Shown here: one piece after another, positions 1 through 8,824 of the stretch | Layout of the letters: each line of letters opens with the position of its first letter | How positions within the stretch are numbered: position 1 is the stretch's first letter | Assembly (NCBI GenBank): GCA_944376955.1 | Contig: CALWEB010000021.1 | Location: 1-38,025 of the forward strand | Length of the DNA: 38,025 nucleotides | Reading direction: 5' to 3' | From: an uncultured Agathobaculum sp. | Lineage (GTDB): Bacteria > Bacillota > Clostridia > Oscillospirales > Butyricicoccaceae | The notes under the pieces: model-generated | Seen by the model: only the letters and a program-made list of their open reading frames with translations | Database searches by the model: none | What the model was told of the DNA's origin: nothing | Made by a program: the position numbers and the translations under genes

Positions 1-1145
1 CCGCCATGTACGCGGCAGGCACCCGTGCCACCCAGCGCGCGCCGTGCCACAGTCAGCGCTACGGCCATAGCCTGCTCCTTCACTGCACCAGCGGGGGTAA
101 TGTCTTGCAGCTGCTCCCAAGAGGAATCACCGGACTCGTTGACCAGTGCGAGGAAGGTATCCATATCTCCCTTTGCCAGCGCGTCTGCCTGCTTCGCGAC
201 CCGCTCGTTGTCACCCAGGAAGTGGAACGCGCGAAGAACCGCACGGTCGCCCACGGCCTTGCGCAGTGCAGGCAGGTTTTTCAGCAGATCCGCTTCCTCA
301 ATCTCACGCAGCACCTGTTTGCCGAAGTATGCGGCCACCATCCCCATCTCCCGCGGCACAGCAGCGTATTCGTCGGTCAGGTCCGCGTGGTCTGCGCCGC
401 AGTCAATGATGCACAGGGCGTAACCCAAGCTATCCAGATCCACTTGCAGCGCTCGAACAACCGGAGCGGATGGGTCGGCAAAGTCAATCGTTACAGCGCC
501 GCCCACCGAAGATGCAGTCTGATCCATCAGACCGCAGGGCTTGCCAAAATACAGGTTTTCCGCCTTTTGGCCCATCTGCGCAATCGTCACAGGATCAATC
601 TCGTCCCCGCAGAACAGGTGGTTTTCGATGACACCCAGCAGTACCTCGCAGGCCGCCGAGGAGGACAGACCCGAGCCGGGCAGCACGCTCGAAGTGGCAT
701 ACACATCAAAGCCCGCCACCGTATAGCCGCGCTGAGCTGCCTGCGCCGCCATGCCGCGAACCAGAGCGGCGGTGCTTTCCTTTTCCTCTTCCTTGGGGTC
801 CATCGTGTCCAATTCTACTTCTACCATGGGCCAGCCTTCCGACTGGAAGCGGATGGTGTTGGTGCCATTCGGGCTGGCACAGGCCAAAAAGTCCAGATCG
901 ACCGCACCGGCCAGCACACGGCCGTGCTGATGGTCGGTATGGTTGCCGCCGATCTCCGTCCGGCCGGGGGCAGAACACAAAGCGACCGGGGTATCGTCCC
1001 CTGCGCCGAAGCACTGCTGGAACTGATCGAGAACTGCTGCGATCCTCTGCCGGGCGGCCGCCAGATCGTCATACAGCAGGTGAGAAATTGCCTCATTCAG
1101 TTCCCCAGCATTCAGCGCGCGTCGTACATCGCCCAATTTTTGCAT
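1..1145 (-). CDS. galK: Galactokinase (GHMP kinase), 3' end outside the window
   Basis: Not in the ORF track because it is open at the edge. Hand translation from ATG 1145 (SD AAGGAG upstream) gives MQKLGDVRRAL...SAPGRTEIGGNHTDHQHGRVLA, a GSGLSSSAA loop and ACRVHGG at the edge. Lies downstream of mglBAC. Confidence 0.93.
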   Translation of the reverse strand, partial: MQKLGDVRRALNAGELNEAISHLLYDDLAAARQRIAAVLDQFQQCFGAGDDTPVALCSAPGRTEIGGNHTDHQHGRVLAGAVDLDFLACASPNGTNTIRFQSEGWPMVEVELDTMDPKEEEKESTAALVRGMAAQAAQRGYTVAGFDVYATSSVLPGSGLSSSAACEVLLGVIENHLFCGDEIDPVTIAQMGQKAENLYFGKPCGLMDQTASSVGGAVTIDFADPSAPVVRALQVDLDSLGYALCIIDCGADHADLTDEYAAVPREMGMVAAYFGKQVLREIEEADLLKNLPALRKAVGDRAVLRAFHFLGDNERVAKQADALAKGDMDTFLALVNESGDSSWEQLQDITPAGAVKEQAMAVALTVARRALGGTGACRVHG

Positions 1146-1230
1146 GGTTATCTTCACTCCTTTTCACCCCGCCAAAACGGGGGTACTGTGCGAAACACAG
1201 TGTACATGATTTTGTGAAACAGAAAATTGT

Positions 1231-1281
1231 AAAGCCGCTGCAAAGCAGGCGGGGCCTCCATATTTGCCTTGCAGCGGCTTT
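1231..1281. terminator. Stem-loop between mglC and galK (terminator or attenuator)
   Basis: AAAGCCGCTGCAA (1231-1243) is the reverse complement of TTGCAGCGGCTTT (1269-1281); the loop is large. Confidence 0.55.
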
Positions 1282-1302
1282 TCGCTTTTGTTAAATGGTA
1301 TC

Positions 1303-2958
1303 TTACTTCTTCTGCACGTACTTCAGGCAGTCCAGCATAACCGCTACCAGAATGATGATGCCGGAGAACACGAACTGCAGGTTGGTGTCAATGCCCAGAG
1401 TGGTCAGGGAGTAGGTCAGGGCGGTGAAGATGAATACACCGACCACAACACCGGAGATCTTGCCGATACCACCGGTGAAAGAGATGCCGCCTACTACGCA
1501 GGCTGCGATGGCGTCCATTTCCCAGCCTTGGCCGTAAGCCGCAGAGCCGGAACCGACCATACGGATGCATTCCAGCCAAGCGCCGAAACCATACAGGATA
1601 CCAGCCATGACGAATGCGCCCACAGTAACCCAGAATACCGAGATACCGGATACCGCTGCGGATTCAGGGTTTCCGCCTACGGCGTAAAGGTTTTTGCCGA
1701 ACGTGGTCTTGTTCCAGATGAACCACACGATGACGACCGCAGCAACCGCCCACAGGATGATGGTGGGGAAATTGTTGATGCGCGGGATGATCATGTTGGG
1801 GATGTTCGGGTCGATTGCACCGAAGGATACGCCCTTGGTGGAATAGGTAACCAGACCGAAGATTACCAGCATGTTCGCCATGGTGGAAATGAACGGATGC
1901 ATTTTGAATTTCGCCGTGAAGAAACCGGCAATCGTAGTAAATACCGTACACAGAACGATACATACGACCAGCGCCAGAATGACACGGACAAGCGCCGGCA
2001 GAGAGGTAAAGTCAAAGATATGACCAAACACAGAGCCGGTGTTGATGCCCTGGTGCATGACGATGGTTGCCGCCGTCATGCCCATACCTACCATACGGCC
2101 GATCGACAGGTCGGTACCGGCGAGCAGGATCAGGCCGGCTACACCCAACGCCAGGAACATTCTCGGGGATGCCTGCTGGAGAATGTTCAGGACATTGTTC
2201 ACCGTCAGCAGCTGCACGTTCTTCACCAGCGGGGTGATGATGCACAGGGCGATGAAAATGATGATAATGGCAATGTACAAGCCGTTTTTCAGCAGGAAGT
2301 CACGGCGGTTGAAGGTGTACTTGTAGTTCTCCCACCGCTGCGCCATGGACTCGCCAAAGGTGAAGCGGGACATACGAAGCAGGTCAATGAGGTGAAACTT
2401 GTGTTCAAAGGCGGCGTGCTGCCGGTCCTTTACCTCCTGCAGGTTTTTGATCCGCTGCATTTTGGCGTCAAACAAACGGTTTTTGTGGACGTATTTTTCG
2501 TCCTTGATTTCATGGGCGTCGCTCAGCTTGGCCATCGTGGCCTGATGCTCCTGATTGAGCTTGGCAACTGCTGCGCGGTAATTCTCCTCAGCAAGCACCT
2601 TTTCGTCCCTGCAGCTTGCAATTACCGCCTGATAATAGTCCGTATCGAAATGTGCCTTTAAGTAGTTTTCTGCGTCGCCAATCAGCTTGGCAACTGCGTC
2701 CTTGTTTTTGTTCTCTACTGCTTTGGCCTTCTCCAGTTCCCGCTGGAGTTCCTGAATGCGGGTCGCCTTTTCCTGCGCGGTGTAGATTTTATCCCGCTTC
2801 AGGCTGTCAATCACGCTCTGGATTTCGATGACCCGGTCGGTGCCCTCTTCGCGAAGGGCATTGATCTGTTCCTGAATATTGCCGACGTATTCGTCGATGG
2901 GCTGGCGAAGCTTCGCTTCCTGCTCAGCCGTAAGAATTTTTGTACTTGTTGATGCCAT
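1303..2958 (-). CDS. mglC: Galactose/glucose ABC transporter permease with long soluble N-terminal extension
   Basis: The C-terminal ~330 aa is a sugar ABC permease (GTDLSIG, TTFGKNLYAVGGNPESAAVSGI, EMDAIAACVVGGISFTGG). The first ~215 aa is charged and helical. Confidence 0.9.
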   Translation of the reverse strand: MASTSTKILTAEQEAKLRQPIDEYVGNIQEQINALREEGTDRVIEIQSVIDSLKRDKIYTAQEKATRIQELQRELEKAKAVENKNKDAVAKLIGDAENYLKAHFDTDYYQAVIASCRDEKVLAEENYRAAVAKLNQEHQATMAKLSDAHEIKDEKYVHKNRLFDAKMQRIKNLQEVKDRQHAAFEHKFHLIDLLRMSRFTFGESMAQRWENYKYTFNRRDFLLKNGLYIAIIIIFIALCIITPLVKNVQLLTVNNVLNILQQASPRMFLALGVAGLILLAGTDLSIGRMVGMGMTAATIVMHQGINTGSVFGHIFDFTSLPALVRVILALVVCIVLCTVFTTIAGFFTAKFKMHPFISTMANMLVIFGLVTYSTKGVSFGAIDPNIPNMIIPRINNFPTIILWAVAAVVIVWFIWNKTTFGKNLYAVGGNPESAAVSGISVFWVTVGAFVMAGILYGFGAWLECIRMVGSGSAAYGQGWEMDAIAACVVGGISFTGGIGKISGVVVGVFIFTALTYSLTTLGIDTNLQFVFSGIIILVAVMLDCLKYVQKK

Positions 2959-2973
2959 AAGCGATTTCTCCTA

Positions 2974-4482
2974 CTACAGGTATTTTGCGCTAAGCCGCAA
3001 AAGCTCTTCCTGATCGGTTTCTTTGGTGTTTACAATGCCGGAGAGATGCCCGTTGGACATGACGCCGATTCGATTGGTGATGCCAAGAATTTCGGGCATT
3101 TCGGAAGAGACAACGATGATGGTCTTGCCGCGCTTGGCCATCTGGATGATCAACTCGTAAATCTCGTATTTGGCACCTACGTCGATGCCGCGTGTGGGTT
3201 CGTCCATCATGAAGATTTGGGGTTCCCGTTCCAGCCACTTGCCGAAGATGACCTTCTGCTGGTTGCCGCCGGATAGGCTGGAGATCATATCGTCGGGCCC
3301 CATGCACTTGGTGTGCATGATCTTGATTTCCTTGTTGGTGGCCTTGATCATCTGGGCATCGGACAAGGCCAGACCGCTCTTGTACTGATCCAGATTGGCA
3401 ATGGTTGTGTTAAAGGTAAGGTCACATTTGAGGAACAGGCCGTTGGCCTTGCGTTCCTCGGTGATCAGGGCGAAGCCATGTTCGATCGCCTCTCTGGCGC
3501 TGTTGAAATTCATCAGCCGGTTTTTAAAGTAGACACGGCCCGCTGCACGGGTGCGCACGCCGAAAATCGTTTCCAGCAGCTCGGTGCGCCCGGCGCCGAC
3601 CAGACCGTACAGGCCGAAGATTTCCCCTTCCTTCACGTCGAAGGATACATCCTGAAGATAGGGGGCGTATTTTGTGGAGAGGTGCTGCACCGACAAAATC
3701 GTGTCTCCCGGGGTATTGTTCACCGGGGGGAAGCGGCTCTCGAGCGAACGGCCTACCATGGCGGTGATCAGCTCGTTCATATTTGTCTCCGCGGAGGGCT
3801 TGGTCATGACCAGGTTGCCGTCCCGGAGTACGGAGATCTCATCACAGATCTCAAAAATTTCGTCCATTTTGTGCGAGATGTAGATCAAGGCGATGCCTTG
3901 CTCCTTGAGCATCCGCATCATTTCAAAGAGTTTATCTACCTCCTGCACGGTAAGGGAGGAGGTGGGTTCATCCAGAACAATGACCTGCGAATTGTAGGAA
4001 ATTGCTTTGGCGATTTCACACATCTGTCGTTGGGAAACGGACATATTCCGCATGGGTTGGGTCAGGTTAACCGTCATACCCAGCTTGCGGAACAGTTCCG
4101 AAGCTTTCTTTTTCATCCTGCCTTCGTCCACCATACCCACGGAATTGGTGGGGTAGCGGCCCAGAAACAGGTTATCGATTACGTTGCGCTCCAGGCACTG
4201 GTTAAGTTCCTGATGCACCATGGCGATCCCGTTCTCCAAGGCATCCTTCGGGCCGGAAAAATTGATCTCTTTGCCGTTCAAAAAGATCTTTCCTTCGTCC
4301 TTCTGATATGTGCCGAACAGGCACTTCATCATGGTCGATTTACCGGCGCCGTTTTCGCCCATCAGTCCCATGACCGTTCCGCGCTTGACATCCAGATTGA
4401 TGTGATCGAGCACTCGGTTTCGGCCAAAGGATTTGCTCATGCCGCGGATTGACAGGACAATATCATTTTTTGCATCTGCCAT
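2974..4482 (-). CDS. mglA: Sugar ABC transporter ATP-binding protein (two NBDs)
   Basis: Walker A GENGAGKST, LDEPT, LSGGNQQK and MDEPTRGIDVGAK; CUT2-family layout; sits between the SBP and permease genes. Confidence 0.93.
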   Translation of the reverse strand: MADAKNDIVLSIRGMSKSFGRNRVLDHINLDVKRGTVMGLMGENGAGKSTMMKCLFGTYQKDEGKIFLNGKEINFSGPKDALENGIAMVHQELNQCLERNVIDNLFLGRYPTNSVGMVDEGRMKKKASELFRKLGMTVNLTQPMRNMSVSQRQMCEIAKAISYNSQVIVLDEPTSSLTVQEVDKLFEMMRMLKEQGIALIYISHKMDEIFEICDEISVLRDGNLVMTKPSAETNMNELITAMVGRSLESRFPPVNNTPGDTILSVQHLSTKYAPYLQDVSFDVKEGEIFGLYGLVGAGRTELLETIFGVRTRAAGRVYFKNRLMNFNSAREAIEHGFALITEERKANGLFLKCDLTFNTTIANLDQYKSGLALSDAQMIKATNKEIKIMHTKCMGPDDMISSLSGGNQQKVIFGKWLEREPQIFMMDEPTRGIDVGAKYEIYELIIQMAKRGKTIIVVSSEMPEILGITNRIGVMSNGHLSGIVNTKETDQEELLRLSAKYL

Positions 4483-4556
4483 TCTCGTTTCTCCCGTTTA
4501 TGCAATATTGACCGGTTGGACGGATCCAGATGATCCATCCCGCATCCTTGGAAAAA

Positions 4557-4631
4557 GCTATTAGGGAGAAGTCCTTCTTCCGTATGGAGAATCGCTTCTC
4601 CCAAGACGGAGAATTCCTTCTCCCTAATAGC
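4557..4631. promoter_or_regulatory. Long intercistronic stem-loop after mglB
   Basis: Perfect 15-bp arms GCTATTAGGGAGAAG / CTTCTCCCTAATAGC plus inner pairing (TCCGT/ACGGA, GGAGAA/TTCTCC). Confidence 0.7.
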
Positions 4632-4676
4632 ATTCGTGTTACTTGTTGTTCAACTTGAAAGAGGTCTGTACCAGAA

Positions 4677-5960
4677 TTACTGGTTCAGCAGAGCGGTGTA
4701 GGAAGCAGCATTGTCGGTCTTAACCATGTTGATGGCGAAGGCGTCGTATGCGCTCGGGTTGCTCAGACGGTTGGTGATGTTTGCTTCGGTCTGGCCGTCG
4801 CCGCCGATGTACTCAACCTTCAGGTTCAGCAGATCGTCGTAGTTCTGGAGCAGCGGCTGGTAGGTAGCGCTCAGGAAGTTATCAGCAGCGTTGTAGATGT
4901 TCAGCCATACGCTCTTTTCCGGGTGAGCGGAAGCATCCAGCTGATTGCTGACAGGCGCGTAAACCTTGGTGGAATCGGTAAAGTCGGTGTAGTTGTCGGC
5001 GGTAACCGCTACGTTCAGAGCGTAGTAGGAGCGAGCCGCTTCGTCGTAGTAGTAAACGTCATCGCTCAGCACGTTGCCAGCGTCATCTTCGGTGCCGATA
5101 CCGGTGTCGATATCCACGCCGTCCAGAGCGTTGCGCAGTACACGGAGGGTCAGGTAAGCCTGAACGTCAGCGTGCTGGCTGATGGTGCCGCCGTAGCCTT
5201 CTGCGATAGCTGCAACCGCGTCAGCGTTTGCGTCATAACCGAAGGTCGGAACCTTGTTGGACTTGGACCAAGCGTTGAACATGGACATGCCCATGCCGTC
5301 GTTGTTGGAAGCTACGATGTCGATCTGATCGCCGAAGGAGGAAGCCCAGGTGCCGATCGCGTTACCAGCGGTAGCAGCATCCCAAGTTGCGCCAGCGGAG
5401 TTCTTCATTTCCTGAGAAGCCAGCTCACGGACGATGTAGGTCTTGCCGTTGACTTCCAGGCTGCCGTCCTTAACTGCGGTAGCCGAGCCGTCAGCGTTGC
5501 TGCCGACCGGATCGCTGTTGATAGCGCCATTTGCCTCAACGGCAGTGCCCAGAGCTGCGCGGACGCCGCGGGTACGGGCGATGGAGTCGTTGTGGCCGAT
5601 ATCACCGATGGCCAGTACATAACCGATGATGCCGTCGCCGTTGCGGTCGATGGTGTCGATGTTGGCCTTCACATAATCCAGAATCATGGTACCCTGAAGT
5701 TCCGCACCCTGGTTAGCGTCAAAGCCGACGTAGTAAGTATTGTCGTTGAATTGCAGCGCGTTCATATCCAACTCGCCGGTCGAGCTGTTGGAGGGCTGGC
5801 GGTTGAACCATACTAAGGGCTTATCCTTGTTCGCGACCGTGGTCGATGCGCTGTCGCCGCTATCCTGTGTATTGGACGCGTTGCTGTCGTTCGAAGAACA
5901 TGCAACCAAGCTGCACGCCATCGCAGCCGTCAGGGCAAGTGCGAGTACCTTCTTTTTCAT
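4677..5960 (-). CDS. mglB: Galactose/glucose-binding lipoprotein, circularly permuted MglB type
   Basis: Lipobox LVAC. MglB motifs PLVWFNRQP, YYVGFD, Ca loop DRNGDG, GHNDSIART, WD, NNDGMG, FGYDA. The segment normally at the MglB N-terminus (IYN..DNFLS...AINMV) is at the C-terminus. Confidence 0.88.
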   Translation of the reverse strand: MKKKVLALALTAAMACSLVACSSNDSNASNTQDSGDSASTTVANKDKPLVWFNRQPSNSSTGELDMNALQFNDNTYYVGFDANQGAELQGTMILDYVKANIDTIDRNGDGIIGYVLAIGDIGHNDSIARTRGVRAALGTAVEANGAINSDPVGSNADGSATAVKDGSLEVNGKTYIVRELASQEMKNSAGATWDAATAGNAIGTWASSFGDQIDIVASNNDGMGMSMFNAWSKSNKVPTFGYDANADAVAAIAEGYGGTISQHADVQAYLTLRVLRNALDGVDIDTGIGTEDDAGNVLSDDVYYYDEAARSYYALNVAVTADNYTDFTDSTKVYAPVSNQLDASAHPEKSVWLNIYNAADNFLSATYQPLLQNYDDLLNLKVEYIGGDGQTEANITNRLSNPSAYDAFAINMVKTDNAASYTALLNQ

Positions 5961-6028
5961 AATGATTCTCCTTTTCTCCTTTTGATTTGGGAGGGACGTT
6001 CTGCAGAAGATCCGTCCTGCTTGTTTTC

Positions 6029-6057
6029 ATTCTATGGGAAAAGGTTCGGAAAAACAA
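6029..6057 (-). promoter_or_regulatory. Putative mglB promoter with weak -35
   Basis: Minus strand TTGTTT-17 nt-TAGAAT upstream of the mglB SD. Confidence 0.45.
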
Positions 6058-6147
6058 GGTAAAAAATCACCGCATTAGGTGTAAATTTCATTGAAATTTA
6101 TGATAATTCGAAAATATTATGTAATTAAATTATGCAGGATGCACAAA

Positions 6148-7119
6148 TTAGCGGGAGTCGAATGCAAACAGCACCTTTTGGCTGTCCACCTCAAAAAGAT
6201 TATTCCGATCCACAATCTGCGTGGAGGTATCCACCACACGCTCCATCCCGCCGGCCTGACCCGTGAGGAGCTTATAGGCACTCTCCACCCCCAGGTAGCC
6301 CATGGCATAAGGGTTCTGCACAACAAGAGCATCCACCGAGCCTTCCTGCAGGCCATCCACGGTGGCCACGTTGGAGTCAAACCCCACCAGGAAAACCCGC
6401 TCGGAGAGGCCCATTTCGTCCACCGCCTGTGCAGCGCCCACGCTGGTGGGTTCATTAAAGGCCAGCAGCACGTTGATTTCCGGATGCGCTGTCAGCAGAG
6501 CAGCGGTATCCCTTTTGGCATGGTAAGCATCTGCGAGTGTGTTAATGACGCTGATAATCTCGGCGCGGCCGCTTTCGGCAAAGATATCCAGCGCACCACG
6601 CTCCCGTTCCTGACCGTTGGCGCTGCTGATATCATAATTAACAATGCCCACTTTCAGTGGTGCCTGCATCCGTTCGAGGGCAGCCTTCGCTGCCATCTGC
6701 CCGGCAGCGTAATTGTCGGTGCCGATGTAGGTGCTGACCGCCTCGGAGGCAACGTTGCTGTCGATGGCCACAATTTTGGCGCCCTCCTTGGCAGCGGCAT
6801 CAATCGCGGCGGCATTGTTTTCATAGTCGATGGCGGAAAATACAATGGCCTGTGCCCCCGCACTTACCGCATCGGCAACCATTTGGTTCTGGGCTTCGTA
6901 ATCCTCTTCGGTCTCCGGGCCGATAATATTGAGCGTCAGATTATATTCGGTGGCAGCAGCCTCCGCCCCGGCAAAGACGGACAGCCAAAACTCTGTCTGT
7001 GTAGACTTGACCACCAGTGCCACCGTATGCTGCTGCGCATAGTTAGTGCTTGCTGTGCAACCGGACAACAGCAAGCACAGCAGCGCGGTCCACACCGCAC
7101 CCCATCTATTTCGATTCAT
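6148..7119 (-). CDS. Sugar-binding sensor lipoprotein (RbsB/XylFII-like) coupled to the histidine kinase
   Basis: Lipobox LLSGC; periplasmic-binding-protein type I motifs (IGTDNYAAG, VGFDS, LVVQNPYAMGY); start overlaps the kinase stop. Confidence 0.85.
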   Translation of the reverse strand: MNRNRWGAVWTALLCLLLSGCTASTNYAQQHTVALVVKSTQTEFWLSVFAGAEAAATEYNLTLNIIGPETEEDYEAQNQMVADAVSAGAQAIVFSAIDYENNAAAIDAAAKEGAKIVAIDSNVASEAVSTYIGTDNYAAGQMAAKAALERMQAPLKVGIVNYDISSANGQERERGALDIFAESGRAEIISVINTLADAYHAKRDTAALLTAHPEINVLLAFNEPTSVGAAQAVDEMGLSERVFLVGFDSNVATVDGLQEGSVDALVVQNPYAMGYLGVESAYKLLTGQAGGMERVVDTSTQIVDRNNLFEVDSQKVLFAFDSR

Positions 7120-8824
7120 AATCCCCCTCCTGTATCTTGGGCATCCGAAGCTCTACACAGGTACCAACATCCGGTTCGCTGGTGATATGCAAACCGTACT
7201 GCTTGCCAAAATAGATTTGCAGTCGGTCGTTAACGTTGCGGATTCCGATACCGGTACGATCCTTTGGCCCGTGTTTCAAAATAGATTGGATCAGTTCATC
7301 GCTCATGCCAACGCCATTGTCCCGGACATCGAACACAATGTCGTCCCCGTCCTGCCGCACCTGTACGGTGATGCACCCCTCGTCTACCAGCAGGTCAAGA
7401 CCATGGTTGATGGCGTTTTCGATGATGGGCTGGAGGGTGATCTTATTGCAATAGTAGTTTAAGCACGCAGGATCCACATCGAAGTGATAGGTAAACTGGT
7501 TTTTATAGCGGTATTTCTGGATTTGCAGATAACTCTCCGCGTGTTCGATCTCCTTGGCGATCGGGATAAGCTCATGCCCCTTGCTGATGCTAATGCGGAA
7601 CAGTCTGGCCAGCGCATGGATCATCTTGACCGCGTCGGTGTTGCGGCCCTGCTCGCACATCCAAGCGATCGAGTCCAGCGTGTTATATAAAAAGTGGGGG
7701 TTGATCTGGGCTTGCAGGGCTTTCAGCTCGGTTTTGCGCAGATTAACCTCTTCTTCGCGCACAGTGGTCATCAGGCGCTGGATGCGCAGCACCATATGTT
7801 CGAACGAGCTGGACAGTTCCTGCACTTCCCGGGTGCCGCCGACGGGCAGGTAGGTAAAGTGGTCGGCATCGGTTTCAAACCGTTCCATGGCATCGGCCAG
7901 CCCGCGGAGCGGACGCGCCAGCAGACGGGAAAGGAGGACACTGGTCAATACCGCCGCCGCCAGCAGTGCCGCACCCAGCACAAGGGACAGTCGGATCATT
8001 TCGCTCAGGCTGCGGTTCACCAGTTCGTCCACATAGCTGACGCCGACTACCCGCCAGTCGCTGCCCGCCACACTGGTGAGGGAGTAAATTACGGTGTCAT
8101 CGGCATAGGCGCCGTCTTCCAACGCAGCCAGGGACGATGTGTCCTCCGATTTTAAGCCCGCATACAGCAGCTGCTGCTGCGGGTGGTAAACGATGTTGCC
8201 TTCCTTGTCCATGAGAAAGCAGTAGCCGCGCTGTCCGATGCTCACATTATTGATATAGGTGGAGATGCTGGAAAAACTGAGATCGAGAGAAACCCAGGCG
8301 GTCTGATTGCCCGACTCCAACGGGATGGTCATGGTCACCACCCAAGGGTAATAGCTCTCAAAGATGCTCTCCACATGAGGCGCGGTCATATAGGAACCGC
8401 CGGAGGTGCGTGCCCGGTTCAGGTCGAAAGAAAGGTTTTGGTAAATGACCTCCCGGGGTTCATGGTCCAGACACCAGCAGTCCAGCATCTTGCCGGAGGG
8501 TGAGTACCCTGTCACGGCCACCACGTCCGGACGGAAGGTCAGAAAGGCGGACAGCAGCTGATCCCGGTTGTCGGCGCTCTCCAGAATGGACCATTCCACC
8601 AAAGACATGGCCTGATCCATGCCTTGCAGATAGTTCCCGACCGTGTTGGACACTTGGGAGACCGCTTGGGAGCTGCTGGTGAGGGCGCTCTGCACCATGG
8701 CGCTGCGATAACGGTTGAGAAAGAGGAGGATGCAGCAGCACAAGATCACCGTCACCACCCCCACCACCATGGAAACCAGGATGGTAGTGATGCGCAGCCC
8801 TGTGCGGGAGACACCATGCTTCAC
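7106..8824 (-). CDS. YesM/LytS-type sensor histidine kinase (Cache, HAMP, HisKA-like, HATPase)
   Basis: Two TM segments, ALQAQINPHFLYNTL H-box, LQPIIENAINHG, DNGVGM, GIGIRNV. Confidence 0.92.
   Translation of the reverse strand: MKHGVSRTGLRITTILVSMVVGVVTVILCCCILLFLNRYRSAMVQSALTSSSQAVSQVSNTVGNYLQGMDQAMSLVEWSILESADNRDQLLSAFLTFRPDVVAVTGYSPSGKMLDCWCLDHEPREVIYQNLSFDLNRARTSGGSYMTAPHVESIFESYYPWVVTMTIPLESGNQTAWVSLDLSFSSISTYINNVSIGQRGYCFLMDKEGNIVYHPQQQLLYAGLKSEDTSSLAALEDGAYADDTVIYSLTSVAGSDWRVVGVSYVDELVNRSLSEMIRLSLVLGAALLAAAVLTSVLLSRLLARPLRGLADAMERFETDADHFTYLPVGGTREVQELSSSFEHMVLRIQRLMTTVREEEVNLRKTELKALQAQINPHFLYNTLDSIAWMCEQGRNTDAVKMIHALARLFRISISKGHELIPIAKEIEHAESYLQIQKYRYKNQFTYHFDVDPACLNYYCNKITLQPIIENAINHGLDLLVDEGCITVQVRQDGDDIVFDVRDNGVGMSDELIQSILKHGPKDRTGIGIRNVNDRLQIYFGKQYGLHITSEPDVGTCVELRMPKIQEGDYESK

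Noticed and set aside
6-1217. 403-aa plus-strand ORF
   Set aside because: Antisense shadow of galK; the minus frame carries clear galactokinase motifs.
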